From an uncultured Candidatus Peribacteria bacterium (GTDB lineage: Bacteria > Patescibacteriota > Gracilibacteria > RBG-16-42-10), in NCBI GenBank assembly GCA_964514565.1, contig CAZERA010000002.1:68111-132110 (forward strand): a stretch of 64,000 bases of DNA, read 5' to 3'. The notes beneath the pieces are model-generated. The model was not told the origin of the DNA. It worked only from the letters and a program-made list of their open reading frames with translations, and did not search any database. Shown piece by piece: positions 20,415 to 29,997 of this stretch. The stretch's first letter is position 1. Each line of letters begins with the position of its first letter. A program made the position numbers and the translations under genes.

Positions 20415-20505
20415 GAAGTAAAAGCGAAGATGGAAGAGGTAAAAAGTTGTTTAGCTAACACATCTTTTTTAAAAAAAGATAAGAGCTTTTGACTCTTACC
20501 TTTTA
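20415..20505. repeat. Intergenic heptamer-based inverted-repeat element, copy A
   Basis: GTAAAAG-CGAAGAT-GGAAGAG-GTAAAAAGTTG ... CTTTTGACTCTTACCTTTTA. Confidence 0.6.
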
Positions 20506-20525
20506 AAATACCGTCGGACTAGAAT

Positions 20526-20816
20526 TTACTTCTTCTTACCCTTTACCTCTTTAGTTGGTTCTTTAGAAGCAGAACGAGCTAAGCTTGCTTTCTTGCGAGC
20601 AGCACTGTTTGCAGAGATTACGTTTTTCTTAGCAGCCATATCAAGAGCTTTGAACGCAGCTGGCAATTCCTTTTGCGCATCGCTCATCTTATTGGCAGCA
20701 ATTAACTGCTTCACTTCTTTTACTTTGCCTTTGAAAGACTCTTTAGTCTTCAAGTTAACTAAACGTTTACGTTCACTAGAGCGAACATTTTTGAATACAG
20801 ACTTGATTACTGGCAT
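20526..20816 (-). CDS. rpsT: 30S ribosomal protein S20
   Basis: MPVIKS, ALDMAAKKNVISANSAARKKASL. Confidence 0.95.
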   Translation of the reverse strand: MPVIKSVFKNVRSSERKRLVNLKTKESFKGKVKEVKQLIAANKMSDAQKELPAAFKALDMAAKKNVISANSAARKKASLARSASKEPTKEVKGKKK

Positions 20817-20843
20817 AAAAACTAAATACAAAAAATCACGAGC

Positions 20844-20873
20844 AAGCTACATTATGTTAGTTGTTATTGTCAA
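20844..20873 (-). promoter_or_regulatory. Putative sigma70 promoter of rpsT
   Basis: TTGACA-18 bp-TAGCTT on minus strand. Confidence 0.5.
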
Positions 20874-20906
20874 TTTTCAGAGACAGTATCCTGTCTTGAT
20901 GAACAA

Positions 20907-21027
20907 AGAAGGTAAAAATGAAGAAGTAAGAGGTAAAAAGTTGATTAACTATTAGTTCACATGCATGAAGAAAAATAAGAATTCTCAGCAGCTACATTTC
21001 TTACCTCTTCCATCTTACCTTTTATCT
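20907..21027. repeat. Intergenic heptamer-based inverted-repeat element, copy B
   Basis: GAAGAAGTAAGAGGTAAAAAGTTG ... TACATTTCTTACCTCTTCCATCTTACCTTTTA; colinear with copy E. Confidence 0.7.
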
Positions 21028-21064
21028 CCCAAGCAATTTGGTTATATTGATAACCGTGAACTCA

Positions 21065-21093
21065 TTGACATTAAAGGTAACTCGTTTCATAAT
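21065..21093 (+). promoter_or_regulatory. sigma70 promoter of the DHH gene
   Basis: TTGACA-17 bp-CATAAT. Confidence 0.75.
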
Positions 21094-21132
21094 ATACAGA
21101 TAACTAAAAAGTAACTCGTCTAACAAAACAAC

Positions 21133-22710
21133 ATGGCTACCAATGATATCTTGGCACAAATTCAGACACTTTTAGCTGATGCAAACAACATCTTGCTTAT
21201 TTCCCATGCCTCAATCGATGGGGATGGCGCCGGTAGCGGACTGGGTTTACAGATGGCTTTGACCAAAATGGGCAAGAAAGTAACTTTTTATTCTCGCAAC
21301 CCTGTGCCTGAAGTTTTCAGCTTCTTACCTGGAGTAAAAACGATTTCTAACGAATTCAGTCTTCACCGAGATTTTATTATACAGATCGACACTACCCAGA
21401 CCAAAGTAGAAAATGTGCGAACTGAAAAAGAAGACAATCATCTCAAACTCGTAATCACACCAAAAGACGGGAGCCTAAGCAAAGATGACATTACCTTTAT
21501 CAGTGGAGGAAAAAGTTTCGACTTAATCTTTACTCTGGATACATCAAACCTAGAATACACAGGACTAATGAATGGACCTCAAGCGGAGTTATTTTATGAG
21601 ACACCGATCATTAATATTGATCATCACATTACAAATGAACAATATGGCAAGATCAATCTTGTCGATATCAACGCTACTTCTACAGCAGAGCTAGTATTAG
21701 GAGTAATCGAACATCTTGAAAAAACACAACCGCTGATGGATGAAGACATCGCGACATGCTTACTCAGTGGAGTAGTTGTGGATACTGGTAGTTTCCAAAA
21801 TGCCAACACTACACCAAAAGCTTTTGCAGTAGCTGCTAGGCTATTGGCCGCTGGAGCTCGTCAGCAAGAGATTGTCCGTCATTTGTTCAAGATGCATGAG
21901 CTTTCTACCCTCAAATTATGGGGACGTACCCTATCAAAACTAGAACATGACCCAGAGCTCAGAATTGCTTGGACCAGTGTCAGTAAAACTGATTTCACTG
22001 AGACTGATGCTAGTGAACAAGAACTTGATGGGTTGATGGATCAGCTTATTACCAGCGCATCCGATGCGGACATTGTCTTTTTGATCAGAGAAACTCAAGA
22101 AGGTGATGTTAAGGTCAGCCTTCGCTCACTCAAGAACATTGATATCACACCAATCGTCCTACCATTTGGTGGTGGAGGTCACCAACGCGCAGCTGGATTT
22201 AAGATTAGCAACAGCACACTAGAAAAAGTAAAAAGTCTAGTAGTAGACAGCGTCAAAGACTTTATGAAAGATTACTTAGAACGCACCAAGAAACCAAGTT
22301 CTCCCGTCAGTTTTTCTCCTGTTGGGTCCACTATCAAACAAACTCCAAGTACTGAGGAGGCAAAACCAACCGAAGAAAAGCTAGAGACAAAGGTTGAACC
22401 AACAATGCCTAGTACACCTGAGGTAGAAAGAAAACCCGAACCAGCACCAATTTCTGAACCGATAGTAAACACCGTAGTAACAGATCAAAGTACTGGCTTC
22501 CCACCATCTGGCATCAGTACTACTCAACAACAAGCAATGGCTAGCAGTTATACAGAAAAAACCGATGCAGTTCCCAGTGAGTTTTTGGGATATAGTGAGC
22601 CAAAATCAGCAGAAAACAGCATCTTGGAAGAAAAGAATGTACTGACTCCTCAAGAAAAAGAAGTACAATCATTCGTACAACCTACCAATGAAGCTCCAAG
22701 CGCCCAATAA
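21133..22710 (+). CDS. nrnA: DHH/DHHA1 phosphoesterase (NrnA-like) with low-complexity C-terminal tail
   Basis: H..IDGDG.GS, NIDHH, DTGSF, GGGGHQRAAG; about 145 aa P/E/S/T-rich tail. Confidence 0.85.
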   Translation: MATNDILAQIQTLLADANNILLISHASIDGDGAGSGLGLQMALTKMGKKVTFYSRNPVPEVFSFLPGVKTISNEFSLHRDFIIQIDTTQTKVENVRTEKEDNHLKLVITPKDGSLSKDDITFISGGKSFDLIFTLDTSNLEYTGLMNGPQAELFYETPIINIDHHITNEQYGKINLVDINATSTAELVLGVIEHLEKTQPLMDEDIATCLLSGVVVDTGSFQNANTTPKAFAVAARLLAAGARQQEIVRHLFKMHELSTLKLWGRTLSKLEHDPELRIAWTSVSKTDFTETDASEQELDGLMDQLITSASDADIVFLIRETQEGDVKVSLRSLKNIDITPIVLPFGGGGHQRAAGFKISNSTLEKVKSLVVDSVKDFMKDYLERTKKPSSPVSFSPVGSTIKQTPSTEEAKPTEEKLETKVEPTMPSTPEVERKPEPAPISEPIVNTVVTDQSTGFPPSGISTTQQQAMASSYTEKTDAVPSEFLGYSEPKSAENSILEEKNVLTPQEKEVQSFVQPTNEAPSAQ

Positions 22711-22753
22711 TCTGAGCGCAATCAACATCGATTAGCAAGAAGATTTAAATCTT

Positions 22754-22799
22754 CAAATACAGCTTTGATTGTTCATTCAATCAGGCTGTATTTGATTTT
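22754..22799 (+). terminator. Probable terminator hairpin after the DHH gene
   Basis: CAAATACAGCTTTGATTG pairs with CAATCAGGCTGTATTTG, followed by ATTTT. Confidence 0.5.
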
Positions 22800-22854
22800 A
22801 GCGCCACAATTCTGCATGCTACCTACAAGCAAGAAGCAGGACTATCAACCATTT

Positions 22855-23715
22855 ATGGATCTTCAAGAAAATGTCAGCCTCAAAATATTCAATTCCTTTC
22901 ATACAGGCGGCCCAGCTCAGTATTTCGTAGAAGTAAAAACAAGCGAAGCAGCGGTAGAAGCACTCAATTACGCCAAGGAGCATAATCTACCAGTACTTTT
23001 CCTGGGTGGTGGCACAAATGTGCTTTTCCCTGATGAAGGAATCAAGGGATTGGTAATTAAAAATAGTATCAACTTTATCAATACTATTGATGATACGCAC
23101 TTATCGGTTGGGGCTGGCGTGTATACGACTACATTGGCACAGCACTGCCTCAAGCTCAAGCTTTCAGGTATAGAAGCCTTATTCGGATTACCAGGTACTA
23201 TTGGTGGAGCTATTCGAGGCAATGCAGGCACACTTGGCACTGAAATCAAAGACGTGATTATCGATGTCACCATGCTTGATGAAAACAATCAACTCAAAAC
23301 CTATCCAGCTAGTTACTTTGAGTTTGCGTACCGAGAAAGCATTCTCAAAAGAATCCCAGCTTTTATTACTCATTGTACTATTGCTCTTTCACCTGGAGAC
23401 GAACTAGCAATCCAAGCAAAAATGACTGAAACCAAAAACTGGCGTAGAGACAAACAACCAGGTGGATTTACAGCTGGATCATATTTCAAAAATCCGCCAG
23501 GTACATCAGCGGGTGCATTAATTGATCAAGCAGGACTGCGAGGCTTTGCTCTGGGTCCAGCACAAGTTTCTCCAAAACACGCAAACTTCCTCACCAATAC
23601 TGGTAAGGCTACAACCAAAGATGTTATGATCCTGGCAGCCCATGTCCAAAAAGTAGTTTATGAGAAATTTGGAATCGAGCTCGAAGAAGAAGTGAAGATT
23701 ATCTACCATTCCTAA
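22855..23715 (+). CDS. murB: UDP-N-acetylenolpyruvoylglucosamine reductase
   Basis: TGGPA, LGGGTNVL, PGTIGGAIRGNAG, FAYRES, AGSYFKNP, KHANF, LEEEV; ATG 22855 preferred. Confidence 0.95.
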   Translation: MDLQENVSLKIFNSFHTGGPAQYFVEVKTSEAAVEALNYAKEHNLPVLFLGGGTNVLFPDEGIKGLVIKNSINFINTIDDTHLSVGAGVYTTTLAQHCLKLKLSGIEALFGLPGTIGGAIRGNAGTLGTEIKDVIIDVTMLDENNQLKTYPASYFEFAYRESILKRIPAFITHCTIALSPGDELAIQAKMTETKNWRRDKQPGGFTAGSYFKNPPGTSAGALIDQAGLRGFALGPAQVSPKHANFLTNTGKATTKDVMILAAHVQKVVYEKFGIELEEEVKIIYHS

Positions 23716-23725
23716 CCCCCTTTCT

Positions 23726-24046
23726 ATGATCATCCAAATCCGTGCCAAAGGTGTCCATATCGGAGACGACAGCAAAGACTACATAGAAAAGAAACTGGAA
23801 ACTTTAAAAAAGTACTACAGCACAATCGACACCGATCAATCTCAGACGACGATCACTATTAGCGCCAATACTGAAAAATCTGGAGCTGCTATCAATGTAG
23901 AAGTGCGCATTGTGGCTGGCAAGAAAACATTTATGGCTGAAGAAAAAGCAACCACCATCGAAGAAGGGGTGGACTTGGTACACGACAAGCTCAAGACCCA
24001 GCTACAACGCTACAAAGAGAAGAAGGTTGACCAACATGCTGAATAG
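23726..24046 (+). CDS. raiA: Ribosome hibernation factor (short HPF/RaiA)
   Basis: DYIEKKLETLKKY, EGVDLVHDKLKTQLQRYKEK; 106 aa with no C-terminal dimerisation domain. Confidence 0.85.
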   Translation: MIIQIRAKGVHIGDDSKDYIEKKLETLKKYYSTIDTDQSQTTITISANTEKSGAAINVEVRIVAGKKTFMAEEKATTIEEGVDLVHDKLKTQLQRYKEKKVDQHAE

Positions 24047-24986
24047 TTCCACTATTTTCCAAACCAAAATCTGGGAACAGTTTCAGGATGCTTTACCAGG
24101 AAGATTAGCAGGCCATATTACCCATGATTACAAAGACTTAGTATGGACTATTCTTCCTTCTGTACTAAAAAAGAAATATTTGTATATCAATCATGGACCA
24201 GTAGATGGCAATTTAATTGAATATTGGCAAGAAATACTGACAGTTGCCAAAAAGCATCAGTGTACCTACATAAAGGTGGAGCCATTTGCATTAGCAAACG
24301 ATGTTTCTGCTCGTTTTGCCCAACTCAACCTCAAACCAAGTAATTACCATATCCAACCAAGTACCACTTTGGTTTTGGACCTCAAGCTCACTACTGATGA
24401 GCTTTTAAAACAAATGAAGCCCAAAGGTCGCTACAACATTAAAATAGCGAGCAAACATGCCATTACTTACAAAGAGTTCGATGCCCAAAACCCGACTTTA
24501 AAAGACGGATTAGATCAGTTTTATCAGTTGCTTGATACCACTGCTACTAGAGATCGTTTTGGCATTCACTCACGTGAGTATTACTCACTCTTCTTGGCGA
24601 AATTATTCCCGCATAGTAGGTTGTATCTTGCCTATCATGGTGACAAAGTAGTAGCAGGTTTGATCGCTCTGTTCTACCAAGAAGAGAGTATCTACTACTA
24701 TGGAGCATCATCCAATCAAGATCGCGAGACAATGGCGACCTACGGCTTACAATGGCATGTGATCCAAGCCGCCAAAGCATATGGAGCAAAAACATATGAC
24801 TTCCTGGGCATAGCGCCCGAGAATGCGCCAGTGAGCCATCCTTGGCAGGGAGTCACCTCATTCAAAAAGAAATTTGGTGGAGAGGTAATTGAGTACATTG
24901 GCACCTTTCACTATGTTATTGACCCTCTAGCTTACTTCCTTATTCATGCGCCCAAAAAAATCCTCAACTACTGCTTCCGGCGTTAA
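24036..24986 (+). CDS. femX: FemABX-family peptidoglycan bridge aminoacyltransferase
   Basis: FQT..W, MKPKGRYNIK, YYYGASS, YDFLGI, GVTSFKKKFGG; ATG 24036 preferred. Confidence 0.9.
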   Translation: MLNSSTIFQTKIWEQFQDALPGRLAGHITHDYKDLVWTILPSVLKKKYLYINHGPVDGNLIEYWQEILTVAKKHQCTYIKVEPFALANDVSARFAQLNLKPSNYHIQPSTTLVLDLKLTTDELLKQMKPKGRYNIKIASKHAITYKEFDAQNPTLKDGLDQFYQLLDTTATRDRFGIHSREYYSLFLAKLFPHSRLYLAYHGDKVVAGLIALFYQEESIYYYGASSNQDRETMATYGLQWHVIQAAKAYGAKTYDFLGIAPENAPVSHPWQGVTSFKKKFGGEVIEYIGTFHYVIDPLAYFLIHAPKKILNYCFRR

Positions 24987-26271
24987 CCCTGGTCAGTTTG
25001 ACCGCATTTTGGCCATAACAGTATTTGGCTTGATGCTTTTTGGTTTGATCATGATTAGTAGCGCCTCGGCAATTAATTCTTTCTTTAATACCAAGGGACA
25101 AGCTACTGATTTTTACTTTTGGAACCAGCTCAAATCACTATTGGTAGCACTAGTAGCATGGTTGATAGTACAGCGTATCCCCTACCGTTTTTGGTATACC
25201 TATCGTTTTTATGTCTTGGGCTTTTCTTTATTGATGTTGGCTACAGTATTTACACCACTACGTTCCGACTATGGCACAATCGCCCGAGGTTGGCTCAATA
25301 TTCCTTTTTTACCATCTATCCAACCTTCCGAAATTGCTAAAACTGGATTTATTGTTTATTTAGCTGGCTTCTTTGATGGTCTAGGACCAAAGCTTCGTGA
25401 CTTCAAAAATGGATTCATCCCATTTGCCGTCATCGTAGGTCTATTTTTATTCTTCCTTATTGCTGAGCCAGACTTTGGTAGTATCCTGCTCTATAGCATG
25501 ATTGCGGTCAGCATGTTTTTTGTAGCCCAAGGACGAGTCACTCATATTTTGACCAGTGGAGCACTATTAGCCATTCCGATGGCCGCTGTGATGAGCCAGA
25601 AAAAATATATAGTGCAACGTTTCACCGCTTTTTTAAATCCAGGCAGTGACCCTAGCGGTATTGGTTATCAGATTCAACAAGCCTTGATCGCAATTGGCTC
25701 CGGAGGATTCTTTGGTTATGGCTTTGGTAACTCTCGTCAAAAGTTTGCCTACTTACCTGAGGCCCAGGGCGATGCAATTTTTGCGATAGCATCAGAAGAG
25801 CTCGGTTTCTTACGTATTGCTCTCGTAATCGGCGCCTTCGCTATTATTGCTTGGCGTGGAATGAAAATAGCTGAGCATGCACCAGATCGTTTCGCCAAAT
25901 ATTTGGCTACAGGTATCGTTTGCTGGATTTGTTTTGAAGCATTCATTAATATGGGCGTAATTATGGCTATCTTGCCCAACACTGGGCTCACTTTGCCATT
26001 TATTAGTTATGGTGGCTCATCATTACTCAGCAAAGCAGTCGCAGTCGGCATTTTAATTAATATCTCACGTTATTCTCGTGAAACTAGTCATTACCGGCGG
26101 GGGCAGTGGGGGGCACACCCTTCCTTTGATCGCCGTCCTCTCAGTGCTAAAGCAACTCGCAGACAAACAAAATCTTGGTTTAGAGGTATCTTGGCTCGGT
26201 TCCAAAAAGGGTCCGGAATATCTGCTGAGTCAAGAACAAAACATTCCTTTTCATCACGTACCCGCAGGTAA
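24946..26271 (+). CDS. ftsW: SEDS peptidoglycan polymerase FtsW
   Basis: ARGWL, IQPSEIAK, EPDFG, YQ..Q..IAIGSGG, LPEAQGDAIFA, TGLTLPFISYGGSS. Confidence 0.93.
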   Translation: MRPKKSSTTASGVNPGQFDRILAITVFGLMLFGLIMISSASAINSFFNTKGQATDFYFWNQLKSLLVALVAWLIVQRIPYRFWYTYRFYVLGFSLLMLATVFTPLRSDYGTIARGWLNIPFLPSIQPSEIAKTGFIVYLAGFFDGLGPKLRDFKNGFIPFAVIVGLFLFFLIAEPDFGSILLYSMIAVSMFFVAQGRVTHILTSGALLAIPMAAVMSQKKYIVQRFTAFLNPGSDPSGIGYQIQQALIAIGSGGFFGYGFGNSRQKFAYLPEAQGDAIFAIASEELGFLRIALVIGAFAIIAWRGMKIAEHAPDRFAKYLATGIVCWICFEAFINMGVIMAILPNTGLTLPFISYGGSSLLSKAVAVGILINISRYSRETSHYRRGQWGAHPSFDRRPLSAKATRRQTKSWFRGILARFQKGSGISAESRTKHSFSSRTRR

Positions 26272-27184
26272 ACTTCGTCGCTATTTTGATTGGCACAATT
26301 TCACTGATGTTTTCAAAACGGTGATTGGGGTAGTAAAAGCATGGTGGTTTTTGGGTAAAATCAAACCGCAGGTTATTTTCTCCAAAGGCGGCTTTGGCAG
26401 CTTCCCGACAGTATTTGCAGGCTGGATGCGCGGGATCAAGGTCATAGCTCATGAGTCAGACGCAGTTCCTGGTCTCACTACGCGACTTTGCTTTCCTTTT
26501 GTCACAAAACAATGTTTAGGTTTTGCTGCTAGTAAAAAGCACTTCCACAAATCACAAGGAAAATTACTCTATACAGGCGTTCCTTTACGTGCTGCTATTT
26601 TAAATGGCGACAGTGAAAAAGGATTAAACTTTTTAGGCTTAACAAAAAAAACAAAACCAATTCTACTAGTGATGGGCGGTAGTCTAGGAGCTAATGCCAT
26701 CAATCAAATGATCGCCACCATCCTGTCCAAGCTACTCAACCAATATACCGTAGTACATAGTACGGGACCTCAAAAGAGTTTGGTACCGAATCATCCAGGT
26801 GATTACTTTCCCTATGAAACACTCAATGAGAGCTTAGCAGACCTTTACCAAGCAGCAGACTTAATCATTAGTCGAGCAGGCGCTAGTACCGTTTGCGAAG
26901 TGCTTACCCTTGAGAAACCAGCTATCTTCATCCCATTACCACGCAGTCAGAGCCGTGGTGACCAAATAGTAAATTGTGCCCTGATCAAGGATTTGCCATC
27001 CCTTGTGGTACTAGATCAAGATCAACTCACCCCAGCCCTGCTTTTGTCCCAAATCAACACTATGTGCCAATCAATCAAAAATGGTTATGATACCAATGGT
27101 TGGTCAGCATTTTCTTGTAAACACAGCAGTGAAACAATAGCAAAGCTGCTACTTAGCTATTTAGCCCCTTCTAACTCACATTGA
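26078..27184 (+). CDS. murG: Lipid II GlcNAc transferase
   Basis: TGGGSGGH, GKLRRY, KGGF, HESD, GGSLGA, SRAGAST, GDQIVN. Confidence 0.95.
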   Translation: MKLVITGGGSGGHTLPLIAVLSVLKQLADKQNLGLEVSWLGSKKGPEYLLSQEQNIPFHHVPAGKLRRYFDWHNFTDVFKTVIGVVKAWWFLGKIKPQVIFSKGGFGSFPTVFAGWMRGIKVIAHESDAVPGLTTRLCFPFVTKQCLGFAASKKHFHKSQGKLLYTGVPLRAAILNGDSEKGLNFLGLTKKTKPILLVMGGSLGANAINQMIATILSKLLNQYTVVHSTGPQKSLVPNHPGDYFPYETLNESLADLYQAADLIISRAGASTVCEVLTLEKPAIFIPLPRSQSRGDQIVNCALIKDLPSLVVLDQDQLTPALLLSQINTMCQSIKNGYDTNGWSAFSCKHSSETIAKLLLSYLAPSNSH

Positions 27185-27187
27185 TCA

Positions 27188-28651
27188 ATGGAAAACGGAC
27201 ACAAAATAGCCACTAATACGATCGCTCAAATTGTTTCTAGATTATTCAACGCGGTGCTCAGTGTGGTGATTATCAAAATAATCACCAATTATCTCAAGGC
27301 ATCAGGATATGGAGAATATACCCTTGTATACGAACTAGTTGGCTTTTTTGGACTAGCCTGTGACCTTGGCCTCTTTACTTTGGCAGTAGATGAAATGTCC
27401 AAAAACAAAGAAAAAATGCAGCGTATTCTCGGGAATATGCTGGGACTCAGGTTCTTGTTGATCTTGATCATCGGCCTGTTCACTTGTGGACTGGCCATGT
27501 TTATCCCCAATTTCAGTCCAGTGATGGTGATTTCAGTGATCATCGCTGTTATTGGTATGGGCGCCAATCTGATCTCCTCCACAGCCTCAGCCACACTTCA
27601 GGTTAATCTCAAGATGCCGACCTATGCTACAGCTGTAATCATCGGCAAAATAATCAGTGTGATTTATATTGCCCTCAGTGCTTGGTACAACTGGGGCTTT
27701 ATTCATCTGATCATCGCCGGTACACTCAATAACTTCTACGTGTGTATAGTGACACTCTACGCATCACATAAACTATTACCATTACGCATTTACTTTGAAC
27801 GTGCTGAGATAATGCGAATGCTCAAAAAAAGTGCAGTATATGGCACTGCCTTGATCCTTGGTTCCATCTACCTACGCGTAAACAGTCTTGTACTAGGACA
27901 TCTCCAAAGTGAAGAAGTAGTCGGTGTATTTGGTGTAGCACTCAGAAGTTACGAGCTACTGCTCCTGATCCCCTTTAGCTTCATGAACTCGGTATTACCT
28001 AGTCTCTCTCAACACATCAATACTGAAAAGTTCGATCATCTACTTCAAAAATCCTGGGATGTACTAATCATGACTGGACTGGGCATGGGAGTAGGCAGCT
28101 TCATCATGGCGGAAGAAATGATTAAATTGATCTCTACCGGTGATGACTTCAGTCCTGCCGCTGTCTTGATGAGAATTTTAGTAATAGCGAGCGCATTCAA
28201 CTTTCTATCTAGCTTATTCCAATACGTACTAGTGAGCGTCAACAAAGTAAAACTCTTTTGGTTAGTCACTTTAGTAGAAGCGATAGCAGCTATCACTTTT
28301 GCCCGTGTATTTATTCCCCAACAAGGCTTCTTTGGACAAGCCAAAGCTGCCGCATGGGCAATTGTACTAGCTCAAATGATTCACTTTATAGGTTTGATGT
28401 GGGCAGCAAAGTCTGTCAGAAAGATTTCATTACGCTTCCGCACGACATTGGCCACCGTATTATCAGGCATAGCTTGTGGCGGCTACCTGATCTTGATCAA
28501 GCCATATATCATGCATCTCTCACCACTAATCAGTCTACCTATAGCGTTCGGTACTGGAGGTATACTCTATGTATACTTACTCACCAAGACAGGTGGCCTG
28601 TCCAGCGATCTCAGTCGAGTAGTGTTTGAAAAAATAATGAGAAAAAAGTAG
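27188..28651 (+). CDS. MOP-superfamily (Wzx-like) flippase
   Basis: KIATNT..Q, YGEY, DLGL, VGVFGVA; about 14 TM segments. Confidence 0.85.
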   Translation: MENGHKIATNTIAQIVSRLFNAVLSVVIIKIITNYLKASGYGEYTLVYELVGFFGLACDLGLFTLAVDEMSKNKEKMQRILGNMLGLRFLLILIIGLFTCGLAMFIPNFSPVMVISVIIAVIGMGANLISSTASATLQVNLKMPTYATAVIIGKIISVIYIALSAWYNWGFIHLIIAGTLNNFYVCIVTLYASHKLLPLRIYFERAEIMRMLKKSAVYGTALILGSIYLRVNSLVLGHLQSEEVVGVFGVALRSYELLLLIPFSFMNSVLPSLSQHINTEKFDHLLQKSWDVLIMTGLGMGVGSFIMAEEMIKLISTGDDFSPAAVLMRILVIASAFNFLSSLFQYVLVSVNKVKLFWLVTLVEAIAAITFARVFIPQQGFFGQAKAAAWAIVLAQMIHFIGLMWAAKSVRKISLRFRTTLATVLSGIACGGYLILIKPYIMHLSPLISLPIAFGTGGILYVYLLTKTGGLSSDLSRVVFEKIMRKK

Positions 28652-28673
28652 CCTAAAACTATCCTACAAAAAC

Positions 28674-28702
28674 TTTTACTTCTTCCCTCTTACCTTTTAC
28701 CT
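28674..28702. repeat. Half copy of the heptamer repeat element
   Basis: TTTTACT-TCTTCCC-TCTTACC-TTTTACC. Confidence 0.5.
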
Positions 28703-28712
28703 AAACAAAAAA

Positions 28713-29126
28713 ATGGCCTCCCTCTTTAAGAAAAATACTAGTAGTAAAGTAACCACTCCAGTCAGTAGTACCACCAAGCAAGAAGGCCAACTAGTGGTCG
28801 ATGTGTACCAAACACCAGATAGCATTGTGATTCGCACTCCAGTGGCAGGGGTAAAGTTGGCTGATATTCATATTACTATCAATGACAACACCCTCACTAT
28901 CAAAGGCGAGCGTACTCATGCTGATAGCATTGCTGAGGGAGATTACCTACTCAAAGAATGTTATTGGGGAGCTTTCTCGAGAAGCTTAGTGATGCCATTC
29001 AATCTCAGTCCAGAAAAGATTCAGGCTTTTTTCAAAGATGGTATTCTCAAAATTGTCATTCCACACCAACAAGCCAATGAAAAGGCGATTAAAATTACCG
29101 AACTAAGTACTGAAAACAATGAATAA
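28713..29126 (+). CDS. Hsp20/alpha-crystallin small heat-shock protein
   Basis: VDVYQT, LTIKGER, ECYWGAFSRS, AFFKDGILKI. Confidence 0.92.
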   Translation: MASLFKKNTSSKVTTPVSSTTKQEGQLVVDVYQTPDSIVIRTPVAGVKLADIHITINDNTLTIKGERTHADSIAEGDYLLKECYWGAFSRSLVMPFNLSPEKIQAFFKDGILKIVIPHQQANEKAIKITELSTENNE

Positions 29127-29997
29127 GCCAATTACCAAGGCAGTGATTCTTGCTGCCGGCTGGGGCACTCGTTTACTACCGGCTACCAAAAGCATCGCTA
29201 AACCAATGCTGCCAATCGTAGATAGACCTGCGATTGATTATATTATTCAAGATCTAGTCGATGCCGGCATCCAAGATATTATTATCGTAGGCAAACAATC
29301 ATTTGACCAAATCGAGACATACTTAGACCGCAATTTAGAATTGGAACAAATGTTAACTAGCGAAAATAAAACTGACTATCTCAAAGCGATTACAAAATTC
29401 AATGACATTCATTTCACATTTGTACGCCAAGGCCAAATGGGTGGGCCGGGAGACGCAGTAATGTCAGCTCATCATTTGATCAAGGACGAAGACGCAGTAG
29501 TAGTATTTTATAGCGACGACATCGCTTACCCTCACACATGTATTAAAGCAATGCTCGCTCAGTACAAAGAATACCCAGGCGCATATGTTTCACTTCAGAA
29601 GATGCCACTAGAAAAGATTCATAGTTATGGAGTGGTAGCAGTTGAAAGTGATGTTAACGATAGGTTGAAGAAGCTAAAAGCAATTGTAGAAAAACCCTCA
29701 GCAGCTGAAGCCCCATCGCAATTAGCAGTGATGACACCTAACATAGTGACCCGTGAAGTAATTGAGATCTTAGCCAAAAGACCAAAATTAAATCAGAAAG
29801 ATCACTCCATTTTGACTCCGGCGATTGGCGAAGCAATCGGATTGTGTCCAGTATATGGCTATTTAGCTGAAGAAGAATGGGTAGAAACAGGCAACAAATT
29901 AGGATTACTCAAGGCCCAAGTATTATTCGGCTTAGCAGATCCCAGTATTCAAACCGAGCTCAAACAATTTTTGCAGAAAATAGTCCAATCAAACTAA
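29119..29997 (+). CDS. galU: UTP-glucose-1-phosphate uridylyltransferase-like nucleotidyltransferase
   Basis: KAVILAAGWGTRLLPATKS.AKPMLP, VEKP, ETGNKLG. Confidence 0.8.
   Translation: MNKPITKAVILAAGWGTRLLPATKSIAKPMLPIVDRPAIDYIIQDLVDAGIQDIIIVGKQSFDQIETYLDRNLELEQMLTSENKTDYLKAITKFNDIHFTFVRQGQMGGPGDAVMSAHHLIKDEDAVVVFYSDDIAYPHTCIKAMLAQYKEYPGAYVSLQKMPLEKIHSYGVVAVESDVNDRLKKLKAIVEKPSAAEAPSQLAVMTPNIVTREVIEILAKRPKLNQKDHSILTPAIGEAIGLCPVYGYLAEEEWVETGNKLGLLKAQVLFGLADPSIQTELKQFLQKIVQSN

Noticed and set aside
22739..22754. Perfect 16-bp palindrome GAAGATTTAAATCTTC
   Set aside because: Single AT-rich instance with no second copy or assignable regulator.
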